Positions 35,184-44,585 of a stretch of 64,000 nucleotides of DNA are shown one piece after another; within the stretch, counting starts at the first letter, position 1, and every line of letters starts with the position of its first letter. Below the pieces are notes generated by a model. That model was given only the letters and a program-made list of their open reading frames with translations. It did not search any database and was not told where the DNA came from. The position numbers were made by a program, and so were the translations under genes. The stretch is from Dehalococcoidia bacterium (GTDB taxonomy: Bacteria; Chloroflexota; Dehalococcoidia; Lucifugimonadales; Lucifugimonadaceae), in contig OZ247429.1 of assembly GCA_965232825.1 (NCBI GenBank), forward strand, positions 1,568,585-1,632,584, in the 5' to 3' direction.

Positions 35184-36388
35184 CTGACTACGACCTCTCA
35201 TTCACCATCCGCGAGATTCGCACCGCGCATCTCGCATTCCCCGACACTCCCGGCTATTGGGAACAATACCGCCGCCAAAGCGAAGCTCGTTCAGCGACAC
35301 CGTCTCAGGCGAGGTACGAATTCAAACCCGGGTGGCAGACCGTCTACGCCACCATGGTCGAAACGCCGCTCGTGCGCGTCGAACTCGCCGACCTCTACAC
35401 CGGCTGGGGCGAATCCAATACCCCCGTCGCACCCGAGATAGTCTGCTTAATGCTCGACGCCGCCATCTCCGAGATGGTTGCCAATCGCGAATTCGCCAAC
35501 CCAACCGCGCTCTGGGACTTCGTTTACGACGCCCAACGCGGGCGTGGCGTCAACTCCGGTTACTGGATGGACGCTTTGGCCGCTCTTGATATCGCCATCT
35601 GGGACGCTTTGGGAAAACGCAACCATGCACCAGTCGCCACGCTTCTCGACACTCAACCACGGACCAACATCCCCGTCTACCTATCTGGCCTCAGACGCGC
35701 TACTTTAGACGAACGCATCACCCAAGCGAAATCCCTCGCAGACCAAGGCATCAGCGGCGCGAAAATCTTCCAATCCGGCGACATCGAAGCCGCACTCCAA
35801 GAACTCGATACCCTCACGCGCGGAGCACCCGACATCGAGCAATGGATGATCGACACCCTCTGGATGTGCACCCTCAAAGACGCCATCAAAGCCAAACGCG
35901 AGTTCGGCGAACGTAACCTTCGCTTCTTCGAGTGCCCACTTCAACCCGAAGACCTCGCCGCGCACCGCACTCTCCACCAAGCTGACGGCTCGCCAATCGC
36001 AATCGGCGAACACTTCCGCACAACCTACCAAATCAACGATTGGTTGAACCCTAAACCGGTTTTCGATGTCTATCAACCAGACATTGGCCGAACCAGCATC
36101 AGCGACTTCATCCGCCAGCGAAACCTCGCATACGCCTCCAACATCCCCGTCACTCCCCACATGGGCAACGGCGTCTCCGTATTCCAAGCCGCAACACTGC
36201 AATGCGCCGCCATATCCTCACCGGAACTCCTCCAGGAATTCCAAGGCGGGCTCTCCAACCTCCTCCAAGACGCATCCGACACCGGTTGGCAACTCAACGA
36301 AGGCGAATTCCTCCTGCCGGACCGCTCCGGGCTAGGTGTATCCATCGACGAAGACGGCATTGAACCATACATCGTCCGCAAACAGTGA
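35180..36388 (+). CDS. Enolase-superfamily enzyme (mandelate racemase/muconate lactonizing type)
   Basis: 402 aa with a capping domain followed by a barrel that has metal-ligand contexts MIDTLW, FFECPL and AIGEHF. Confidence 0.8.
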   Translation: MTDYDLSFTIREIRTAHLAFPDTPGYWEQYRRQSEARSATPSQARYEFKPGWQTVYATMVETPLVRVELADLYTGWGESNTPVAPEIVCLMLDAAISEMVANREFANPTALWDFVYDAQRGRGVNSGYWMDALAALDIAIWDALGKRNHAPVATLLDTQPRTNIPVYLSGLRRATLDERITQAKSLADQGISGAKIFQSGDIEAALQELDTLTRGAPDIEQWMIDTLWMCTLKDAIKAKREFGERNLRFFECPLQPEDLAAHRTLHQADGSPIAIGEHFRTTYQINDWLNPKPVFDVYQPDIGRTSISDFIRQRNLAYASNIPVTPHMGNGVSVFQAATLQCAAISSPELLQEFQGGLSNLLQDASDTGWQLNEGEFLLPDRSGLGVSIDEDGIEPYIVRKQ

Positions 36389-36478
36389 ACGCACATTGGA
36401 CGGCCTGTAAATCATCACCCAATCACAGACGTGGGCGCAATCACTCCGATCTGCGTAATCAGTGGTTCATACAACCTC

Positions 36479-36496
36479 TTTTGAACTTGTTCAAAA
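36479..36496. promoter_or_regulatory. Perfect 18-bp palindrome TTTTGAACTTGTTCAAAA, candidate operator
   Basis: It lies ~50 bp upstream of the CDF-like gene start and is followed by the hairpin gccgcgaaatcgcggc (36504-36519). Confidence 0.35.
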
Positions 36497-36546
36497 CCAT
36501 CATGCCGCGAAATCGCGGCAATACCTCGCGCGTAACATAACCAACC

Positions 36547-37248
36547 ATGTCGCAACACCTCGACACCCTTCGCCGAACCGCACTCATCCTCGTGATTGTC
36601 GGTCTGTTATGGAACTTGGTAGAGGCCGTAGTTGCGCTTTGGGCAGGTACTCAGGCCGGTAGCGTCGCACTCCTAGCATTTGGTCTCGACAGCATTGTCG
36701 AACTTCTAGCCGGGGGCATCCTGGTCTGGCGACTGCGAGCGGATGACGGACACGGAGACGAGGCCGCGGAGCGAAGGGCGCATAAGCTGCTCGGACTAAC
36801 CTTCTTCCTCCTTGCTGCGTACGTTGTCCTACATTCCGGCGCAAACCTCCTCGGCTGGCTGCCCCAACCGGAACCGAGCATCGCAGGCGTCGCTATCGTC
36901 ATTGCCAGCGCAGTCGTGATGAGCATCCTCTACGTAGCCAAGATGCGCATCGCCACCCAGATGCAGTCATGGGCCCTCAGGGCCGAAGCGATGGAGACCC
37001 TCTTCTGCGACATCCAAGACCTCACCATCCTCGTCGGTCTTGCACTGAACGCCCTCCTCGCCTGGTGGTGGGCCGACCCTATCGCGTCTTGGATCCTCAT
37101 CCCCTTCCTAATCAACGAAGGCCGCGAAAACCTCTCCGGGCACGATCACGATCACGAGGAACACGAAAACTACACCCCCCACGTCTGCTTCTGCCCCAAC
37201 TGCCTCTACGGCCTTCGTCGGTGTAGGACGGTGTGTCGCGCGGCATAA
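36547..37248 (+). CDS. Cation-efflux (CDF-like) membrane-domain-only protein with His/Cys-rich tail
   Basis: 233 aa with ~6 TM and a CDF-like TM2/TM5 pattern (AFGLDSIVEL..., FCDIQDL...). The C-terminus is GHDHDHEEHENYTPHVCFCPNCLYGLRRCRTVC. Confidence 0.6.
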   Translation: MSQHLDTLRRTALILVIVGLLWNLVEAVVALWAGTQAGSVALLAFGLDSIVELLAGGILVWRLRADDGHGDEAAERRAHKLLGLTFFLLAAYVVLHSGANLLGWLPQPEPSIAGVAIVIASAVVMSILYVAKMRIATQMQSWALRAEAMETLFCDIQDLTILVGLALNALLAWWWADPIASWILIPFLINEGRENLSGHDHDHEEHENYTPHVCFCPNCLYGLRRCRTVCRAA

Positions 37249-37320
37249 TCTGCTGGCGTCCGGAGCAGGTTAACGTATAGAAAACCGCCCGGCAGCACGA
37301 CACATCAAAAGGAACCCACC

Positions 37321-38148
37321 ATGCCAGACCTCTCAGGAAAAGTCGCCATCGTAACCGGTGCAGGCCGCTATCGAGGCATCGGTCGAGACACCGCCCTAGC
37401 CCTGGCAAAAGCCGGCGCTGACGTCGCAGTTACCGGAACTGGGCGTTTGCCCGACACCTTCCCCGACGACGAAAAGGAGATGGGTTGGCGGGACATCGAA
37501 TCTGTCGCCGACGAGATCCGAGCCATGGGACGCCGCGCCCTGTCCATCGTTGCCGACCTGGGCGATCCTGCGCAGGCCCGAAACATTGTCGAACAGACCG
37601 TCGCCGAACTCGGATCCGTCGACATCCTCGTCAACAACGCCGCATACGCCATGGCCGGCGACCGCGTCCCGGTAGTCGAACTCGACGACGCCATCTGGCA
37701 CCGCGTCCTCGACATCAAGGTCCACGGCTCCTACTACGCCTCCAAAGCGGCGGCACAGGCGATGATCCGGCAAGGAAACGGCGGAAGCATCGTAATGGTC
37801 TCATCCATCGCCGGAAAGATCCACCCCCGCAACTTCGCCGCCTACGTCGTCGCCAACATGAGCCTCCAAGGCCTCACCGGCAGTCTATCCAAAGAACTCG
37901 GCGACTACAACATCAACGTCAACACCGTCTGCCCCGGCGTCATCGACACATCACGTTGGGACAACAAACGCGACAACACTCCCACAGGCCGCGAAGACTG
38001 GGAGCACCTAGAGGCGAACATCCCAATGGGCCGCCCGGGTACTGGAACCGACGTCGCTACCACCATCGTCTTTCTCTGCTCCGAAGAGGCTCACTGGATC
38101 AGCGGGCAATCCATAAACATCGATGGTGGGCAGGTCTCGTCACACTGA
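37321..38148 (+). CDS. Short-chain dehydrogenase/reductase (FabG-like)
   Basis: It has TGAGRYRGIGRD, NNAA, SSIAG and YVVANMS. Confidence 0.85.
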   Translation: MPDLSGKVAIVTGAGRYRGIGRDTALALAKAGADVAVTGTGRLPDTFPDDEKEMGWRDIESVADEIRAMGRRALSIVADLGDPAQARNIVEQTVAELGSVDILVNNAAYAMAGDRVPVVELDDAIWHRVLDIKVHGSYYASKAAAQAMIRQGNGGSIVMVSSIAGKIHPRNFAAYVVANMSLQGLTGSLSKELGDYNINVNTVCPGVIDTSRWDNKRDNTPTGREDWEHLEANIPMGRPGTGTDVATTIVFLCSEEAHWISGQSINIDGGQVSSH

Positions 38149-38202
38149 ACAGGAGTCTCGGTCGCAAGTAGATGCCCCTTTCGGGTGTTGCGCACCGCAT
38201 CC

Positions 38203-38231
38203 GTAGGGGCAGGTTTGAAACCTGCCCCTAC
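38203..38231. repeat. Palindromic intergenic element, family A copy (gtaggggcaggtttgaaacctgcccctac)
   Basis: Perfect 14+1+14 palindrome between convergent genes (SDR stop 38148, ThDP enzyme stop 38286). It may act as a bidirectional terminator-like hairpin, but there is no U-tract. Confidence 0.65.
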
Positions 38232-38285
38232 CACGTTGTTCGGGGTTGGAGGAATTTAAGGAGACTCGCGGTGATATCCGTACGC

Positions 38286-39965
38286 TTAACCGAAGCGTGA
38301 CCTACGGCCTTCCAAGTTAGTATGTACGTCCAGCAGTACTGTGGACCCTTCAGCGTTCAGTTGTTGCGCTTTATTGAGAGATGGAGCTACATCGGACGGG
38401 TCTGTGACGGTAATGCCTACAGCCCCCAACCCCTCGGCGATCTTGGCGTAGTCGCCGGTCATCTCGGTGGCTCCAAAGCGTTCGCGAGCCGTTGGATAAC
38501 CTCCCGGGTAGGTTGCCATTCCACGGTTGTTTAAGAGGACGGTTGTGATTGGGGCTCCGGCTCGAACCGAAGTCTCGATGTCGAGTCCGGACATCCCGAA
38601 AGCACCATCACCCATGAAGTTGAGACAGAACTTGTCGGGTTTCGCCAGTTTGGCACCAATCATCAACGGAATACCGTAACCGAGGTGCGTTGATTTGCCC
38701 CAACCTATGTAGCTGTGAGGCACCGTCGCCGTGTAAAACGGCATTATCGTGTCCCGCGGGGCGCCTGCATCATGGGTGACGATGCTGTTTTCCCGGTCCA
38801 AGGTCTTGTCCAACTCGCCAATAACCCGGTAGGTGTTGATGGGAACTTCATCGGATTCCAATAGCGGCTTCCACTCGGCGAGCCAATGCTCTTTGAGCTC
38901 ATCTATCGCCGCAGACACCCCGTTCCGCTCCTCGCGCCCCGTCTCGCCAACTAGCCCCTTCACCTCGTCAATCATCATCTGCAATGTCAGCTTGGTGTCT
39001 CCGGGAAGACCAACATCTACCGAAAAGTCCTTGTTGATGTCTTCGATGCCTTCGACATTGTGGATGATGGTCTTGCCGTCGGGGATGGGCTGCCCGTAAG
39101 ACGTCCTCGTCATGCTGGATCCGACGGCGAAAAGAACATCGGAATCCTGTAGCCAACGCCAGGCTGGCAAGGTGGTTGCTCCGCTGCCTGAACCTAGAGA
39201 GAGGGGATGGCGTTCATCAAACGAGGACTTTCCGGGCATGGTGCAATACACCGGAATCTGGGTTAACTCGGCCAGCTCTTTCAGCTCCTTGGTGGCATCC
39301 GCAAACAGTACTCCCATGCCGGACCAGATCACTGGCTTCTCGGCGTTCAAGAGCAGTTTGACTGCATCCTTGACGTCGTTGGATGGAGGGCATTGCAGCA
39401 ACCTGCTGGGCGGCTGATATCTAGGCATCCCCTCGGGCACTTCCTGACCACCGATGTCAGCTGGCACCTCAACAATCACCGGGCCGGGAGGTCCGTTGCG
39501 CAGTGCATGAAAAGCCCGGCGCATGACATCGTTGACCTGATTCGGTTGAACTATGACTTCGCCACGTTTAGAGATACCTTGGTAAGCGCGAACCGGCGAG
39601 AACTCGGGGCGTATCGCATACCGGCTCAAAGCTGGGCCCGCAGTGAGGTACAAGACTGGAACGTTGTCGGCGAATGCTTGAGCGATGCCACCCCCGGAAT
39701 TCTCCGAACCGGGACCACCCTGCGTGATTACCACTCCGAACTTTTTGCGATCATTGACGCGACTGAACCCATCTGCCGCCATGATTGCGCCGCGCTCCTG
39801 CCTGAACATTACGGTGCGGATGCCCTCTTTGGCTACCGCTTCGATCAGTTGGTGGGAAGGAAAACACGCAACCCACTCCACCCCTTCCAACTTCAACGTG
39901 CTGGCGACGGCATCTATTACATTCATTTCGTTCCTCGTCAGGGCTCCATGCCACTTTTTGATCAA
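38286..39965 (-). CDS. Thiamine-diphosphate-dependent enzyme (acetolactate-synthase large-subunit-like family)
   Basis: 559 aa with an N-terminal Pyr domain (FRQERGAIMAADGFSRV...QGGPGSENS), a middle domain, and the ThDP motif GDGAFGMSGLDIETSVRAGAPITTVLLNN. Substrate not assignable. Confidence 0.85.
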   Translation of the reverse strand: MIKKWHGALTRNEMNVIDAVASTLKLEGVEWVACFPSHQLIEAVAKEGIRTVMFRQERGAIMAADGFSRVNDRKKFGVVITQGGPGSENSGGGIAQAFADNVPVLYLTAGPALSRYAIRPEFSPVRAYQGISKRGEVIVQPNQVNDVMRRAFHALRNGPPGPVIVEVPADIGGQEVPEGMPRYQPPSRLLQCPPSNDVKDAVKLLLNAEKPVIWSGMGVLFADATKELKELAELTQIPVYCTMPGKSSFDERHPLSLGSGSGATTLPAWRWLQDSDVLFAVGSSMTRTSYGQPIPDGKTIIHNVEGIEDINKDFSVDVGLPGDTKLTLQMMIDEVKGLVGETGREERNGVSAAIDELKEHWLAEWKPLLESDEVPINTYRVIGELDKTLDRENSIVTHDAGAPRDTIMPFYTATVPHSYIGWGKSTHLGYGIPLMIGAKLAKPDKFCLNFMGDGAFGMSGLDIETSVRAGAPITTVLLNNRGMATYPGGYPTARERFGATEMTGDYAKIAEGLGAVGITVTDPSDVAPSLNKAQQLNAEGSTVLLDVHTNLEGRRSRFG

Positions 39966-40045
39966 TCCAAGCCCTATCGAACTCGGTTGATTGACTGTTC
40001 CGGCGTCTGATTCCTAGCGAAGAATACCACTTCTGAAGCGCCCAC

Positions 40046-40143
40046 AACGCGAAGCGGCTACGCCACCTCCAGACATCGACGACGGCGGCATCGTCATGGT
40101 CTCGTCTATCGCCGGAACGATTTACTCCCGCGATTTACCGTAA
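40046..40143 (+). pseudogene. Short remnant of an SDR gene
   Basis: In-frame translation gives ..PQREAATPPPDIDDGGIVMVSSIAGTIYSRDLP*. This matches the GGSIVMVSSIAGKIHPRNF block of the SDR at 37321-38148. No start and no N-terminal Rossmann part. Confidence 0.45.
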
Positions 40144-40202
40144 TGCGTTTCGCATAGCATTACTTCGATTGATTCGCAACACTGCTATACTTCCCACGTA
40201 AA

Positions 40203-40991
40203 TTGGCGGATCAAACCAATCAATCAAGGCGCGCTAAATCTAAACCGAATTCGGAGGCAGTCGTGAGTATCAAATACGCCGGAATCGCAATGATGGTTGG
40301 CATAGTGTTATCTGTCGCGTCTTCCCTGCTGTACCCCGGAAACACGCTGGTAAATGCCGTGGATCAGACCGACTTCCCCGCAGCGCTAGAGGTGATCGCA
40401 GATGCGCCGACTCTTACGCACGTGATGATATTCCTGTCAATACTTGCGATGCTGCTAATTTCTTTCGGAGCTTTTGGTCTCTTCCCACTGGCCACACGCA
40501 TGGGAGGGCTGAGCGGCACTCTTCTCAAGTTTGGGATCATCATCTCGATCATCGAGTGGAGCATCGTCATCATCGGCTTGGGTATGCGGCATTTCGTCAC
40601 GCACCTCATGCAGCGCGCAACCAGTGCCGCCGGATCCGACGATCAAATGTTCTTCGCGGAAACTGCCCTCATCATACACACCACTTTGACGGCCACCTTC
40701 TTGGCATTCATTACGATATACCCGTTCGCCACAATGTTGGTAGGTCTAGGGCTCACCAAGCTCATCCAAACGATGAACGCATTCAAAATCGCGGCGTATG
40801 TTCTCTTGGTGTCGGGCGCGGTAGGATTGCTCACCTATCTCATCGCAATGTTCGCGCCCGGTGACGAACCCGTCGTCTACTTGACTATCTTCAACATCCT
40901 GCTGTTCATCGGATCCATCGGCCTATTCGTTACAGGCCTCGGGATGTACAGAGGCAGTGAAGGACTGGCAGAAGAGGAACCCTCCAGCTGA
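40203..40991 (+). CDS. Hypothetical integral membrane protein (~6-7 TM)
   Basis: 262-aa ORF with a TTG start in the track (GTG at 40263 also possible). It has repeated hydrophobic segments and an acidic C-terminus. No family recognised. Confidence 0.5.
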   Translation: MADQTNQSRRAKSKPNSEAVVSIKYAGIAMMVGIVLSVASSLLYPGNTLVNAVDQTDFPAALEVIADAPTLTHVMIFLSILAMLLISFGAFGLFPLATRMGGLSGTLLKFGIIISIIEWSIVIIGLGMRHFVTHLMQRATSAAGSDDQMFFAETALIIHTTLTATFLAFITIYPFATMLVGLGLTKLIQTMNAFKIAAYVLLVSGAVGLLTYLIAMFAPGDEPVVYLTIFNILLFIGSIGLFVTGLGMYRGSEGLAEEEPSS

Positions 40992-41075
40992 CTCCCCTAC
41001 GGACCGTGGGGCGACGCGTATCCATCCGTCGCCTTACGCAACGTCATCTCAGGACTACCCGGCCGACTACTGACT

Positions 41076-43532
41076 CTATTCGTGGCGCCTGTAAACCGCA
41101 CCGATCTCCAGATCGAGCTCCTCTTCCCACAGTCGCACCATCGAGCGTAGCCGCATGTTCTGGTACGCGCCCCACACGGTCATAGCAGGTGGAACCACCA
41201 GGATTGCAACTATCAGCGAGTAGGCGATAGTTATCGCGGCTGTGATACCGAACTGCTGCAATGCCAACATTGGCGAGGCGATCAAGACCCCAAGCCCGAG
41301 CGCGGTAGTCAAGGCAGAGCCGAGCAACGCCGAACCCGTCGTCGCAAGCGTCCTCACCGCGGCCGTCTGTGGATCACGCACCCGCGTGTACTCCTCACGG
41401 TAACGGTGAATCACGTGAATCGTGTAGTCGACCCCGATACCAATCGATAGCGCCGTGATGATCGAAGTGACAAGCGTGTACGGAATTCCCAAAAGCGCCA
41501 TCGTGCCCAGCACCGAAACCAGAACCAACACCGTCGGCCCTACCGCGATCAGTGCCAATGCGGGTTGTCGAACCGTTACCCAGAAAAAGATTCCCAGCAC
41601 TCCAAGCGCGACCGCGACGGTCGTGCTGATCGACTCCGTCTGCTTGTCTCGGATCGCATCCGTAACCGCAAACGAGATCACTGCCTCAGATGTCACCGTG
41701 ATGGTGTGGTCCTCACCGAACCATCGCGCCTCGATCTCATCCTGAAGATGCTTCGTCGCACCCGGATCACCGGTATACGCCGGGAACTGAAGCAGGATCG
41801 AGTCGATCCCGTGCGGGTTGTTCACCAACACACGGGACAATACCGGATCGATCGCCGCGATATCGTCGAGGATACCTTGCATCGCCAGCGGGTCGACTTG
41901 CACATCGGCAGAGGCTTCCCGGTATCGTCGCGCAATCTCCGGATCGTACTTGTCGCCCGGTTCACCGCTATCCGTGATCCAGTCACGCACCACCAACTCG
42001 TACGACGCCAAGATTGGACCCGCCGCCGCCGCGGGTCGACGCGCAGGGTCCCCGAAGGCCGACGCGAGGTCTCGGATATTCAGCAGCGTCCGCGTCTCCG
42101 TCGCCTCCGCTTTCACTATCACGCTCGCCATCTCCGTCGAGCCACCTACCGCAGTGTCCAGAGTGTTCAAATCCGTCAGCACGCTACCGCCTCTAGGCAA
42201 TAGATCGCGGATGCTGTACTCCGACTCCAGACCCGTGGCCGCGTATCCCAAAGCTGCCGCAATTGCCACCACGACGATTATGTACGGCGCGGGGCGACGA
42301 GTGACACTCCTGCCAAGCGTCCCCGCCAATCTCTCCACACCCGGCAAAGCCGTGGCTATGGGACGTGGCGGTTTCAGGGTGCCGCGCGCCTCGCGTCGTC
42401 GATCCATTATCGTCCTCCCAGCCGGCAGCAACGTCAACATGATGATCAAGGCCAAGCCCACGCCCAAGCCCCCGACGATGCCGAAATCACCGATCATATC
42501 GATCGGTGAGAACAGACCCGCCAGCAGACTCACAATCGTCGTCACTGCCGCGAGCAACAAGGGCAAGGTCACGTTTCGCAGACCTACCCTCACTGCCGGA
42601 ACTACCGATCCGCCAGCAAGACGCTCCTCGCGGTAATGTGAGACGGCCTGTATCGCATAGTCCACTGTCAGACCGATGATGATGATCGGCACCATCGACG
42701 TCAGCGGGTTCGGCGGCCCAACAATCCCTAACCCGTTCGGACCCAGCCAGCCCTCGGCACCGACGATCCAGATGATCGAGACGAACAGTCCTACCAGCGT
42801 CAGCACCAGATCCGATATCGTACGCATGAACAGCAGGATCAATAACGCGATTAGCAAAAGCGCCATTCCTATTAACGGCGCCGCACCCGTCTCAGTACCT
42901 TCTATGTACTCGTCCTCGATCACCGCAAACGACACGCTACTAGCTTGCAACGGGCCCTGACTCGCGATCGTCAATTCGTTGATCTTCCGCTCCACATCCT
43001 TGACATGATCATCGCCTGTGTTCAATAACTGGATACTCGCGATTGCGATCTCTGTGCCATTAGAGTCGGTACCCGTCATCATGTCCAAGAACGGACCAAT
43101 CTCGGGCGCGGCGCGGGCGCCATCGATCTGCGCCTGCGTAACCGAATCGAAGTTTGGCACCTGCAACATGAACTGCAAAATCGAAGACGGTGCCACAATC
43201 GGATTCTCATGCCCCAGCAAAGCTGCCACTTCTGGTTCGCTGGCGATGGCGCCCAAAAGCTCCGACATCTGCGAAAGCCCGCTCGGAGTCAGCGCTTCGC
43301 CCCGGAACAGAAGCGTCACCACCCTCACCTCCGAAGCCCCGAAGCTATCGTCGATCTCAGTTATCGCATTGGTGATCGCGCTCCCCTTAGGCAGCGCCGC
43401 CGCCGTCTCCTGCGGTGCGGTCCGCAAACCCGATCCCATGCCGATCAACACCGTCGCAACCAGTAACGCCACTAGAGTTAGCCACGGCCGAGCCGTAACC
43501 AGCCGACTGAATCCGTCGAGGATATTGTGCAA
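41076..43532 (-). CDS. MMPL/RND-superfamily exporter
   Basis: 818 aa with two 6-TM bundles, each preceded by a large loop, and duplicated GL(T/G)VDY(A/T)I(Q/H)...YREE motifs. Confidence 0.85.
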   Translation of the reverse strand: MHNILDGFSRLVTARPWLTLVALLVATVLIGMGSGLRTAPQETAAALPKGSAITNAITEIDDSFGASEVRVVTLLFRGEALTPSGLSQMSELLGAIASEPEVAALLGHENPIVAPSSILQFMLQVPNFDSVTQAQIDGARAAPEIGPFLDMMTGTDSNGTEIAIASIQLLNTGDDHVKDVERKINELTIASQGPLQASSVSFAVIEDEYIEGTETGAAPLIGMALLLIALLILLFMRTISDLVLTLVGLFVSIIWIVGAEGWLGPNGLGIVGPPNPLTSMVPIIIIGLTVDYAIQAVSHYREERLAGGSVVPAVRVGLRNVTLPLLLAAVTTIVSLLAGLFSPIDMIGDFGIVGGLGVGLALIIMLTLLPAGRTIMDRRREARGTLKPPRPIATALPGVERLAGTLGRSVTRRPAPYIIVVVAIAAALGYAATGLESEYSIRDLLPRGGSVLTDLNTLDTAVGGSTEMASVIVKAEATETRTLLNIRDLASAFGDPARRPAAAAGPILASYELVVRDWITDSGEPGDKYDPEIARRYREASADVQVDPLAMQGILDDIAAIDPVLSRVLVNNPHGIDSILLQFPAYTGDPGATKHLQDEIEARWFGEDHTITVTSEAVISFAVTDAIRDKQTESISTTVAVALGVLGIFFWVTVRQPALALIAVGPTVLVLVSVLGTMALLGIPYTLVTSIITALSIGIGVDYTIHVIHRYREEYTRVRDPQTAAVRTLATTGSALLGSALTTALGLGVLIASPMLALQQFGITAAITIAYSLIVAILVVPPAMTVWGAYQNMRLRSMVRLWEEELDLEIGAVYRRHE

Positions 43533-44141
43533 ATCTAACTCTCCATCTGGTCAAACCGCAACAAGCGCGGTTGTCGAATCCTCAGTGTCCAATTATGGAC
43601 TTATTCCGACGCAGAAGTCCTCTGCTGCGAACAGGTGCGTGGCATTCGTCCCTTTTGGCTCAAAAAGGGGACGCGAGCGCAGCAAGTAGGGATACGCATA
43701 GCCGGAATCATCCCAACCACCACGCATCCGTACTCCCATCGAACGGATGCTGATAAACGAGAACGCCGTTCCGTCCCAAGGCGGGATGGCCACCGCGTCC
43801 CGCATCGGAGTCTTGATGGTCGGTTTCTCCCCCCTCTGCATTATCGTCACTATGGGGTTGAACCACGCGATCGTCCACGTCGCCACACACGGCAACGGTG
43901 TTGAACAATCCGAAGAGCAAATTTAATCCTTCTTCTTGGCCCTTCAGACAGTGAAGTTCGGTCTGAGGTACATTGCAGGCACCGCCGCGGTTCAAGGTTT
44001 TATACCGTTAAGCCTCGGCATGTTGACTAGATTGCCGGCCGGCTTCTACAGGGTCGCAACTCAGGCCGTATTCGTCTGCGCGGTGCTCGGATTCATTCAG
44101 CTCCTGATCGCCGAGAACTTCCACGACTTCGACACGAGTTG

Positions 44142-44294
44142 CGTCTCGACGAGCCGGAAATCGAGTTCGTCCTGCCATGGCTCAAAGTAATCCTCATCTC
44201 CGTCGGCGCCTACATCTTCTCGATCCTCATCACAATCCTCCCGGCCCGGCAAGCCGCCGCAATCGCCCCCGCCGAAGCTCTCAGATACGAATAG
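44142..44294 (+). pseudogene. C-terminal remnant of an FtsX-family ABC-transporter permease
   Basis: The frame ending at TAG 44292-44294 reads ..EFVLPWLKVILISVGAYIFSILITILPARQAAAIAPAEALRYE*, the hallmark last TM plus the PA.rAa...P.eALRYE tail of MacB/LolC-type permeases. Nothing permease-like lies upstream in frame. Confidence 0.5.
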
Positions 44295-44585
44295 CCGTGG
44301 AAGCCGCCGTTTGCGGAGACGCGGCGTTGTATTCATTACCAAGCGAGTGCGCCAATTGATTCACAGTGGCCGGCGACGAACTCAGCGTCGCGCCGCCAGC
44401 GACAAGTCGCACATACGCGTGAACGAATTTCTGGTGGCTCTATTTTGACGGTACAGAGAACCATCTTCGAACTGGGGCTGGGGGTTATGTGATCCTTGGC
44501 GCCGCTACCCCTACAGGCAATTCGAGCCCCTTCCGGTAGGTCGCCCTGCCGCTTTTTGGCGTCTTACCAATCCAGAGCAATCTGA

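Noticed and set aside
43593-43895. 100-aa minus-strand ORF upstream of the MMPL gene
   Set aside because: No recognisable motifs, atypical composition, and it overlaps several other equally poor ORFs. Left uncalled; it could be another gene remnant.
44472-44486. Possible att-site duplicate of the tRNA-Ala 3' end (ctggggctgggggtt versus gtggagctgaggggatt) at the far side of the giant gene
   Set aside because: Only about 10 of 13 positions match, with a gap. That is too short and imperfect to distinguish from chance in G-rich DNA, and no integrase is present.
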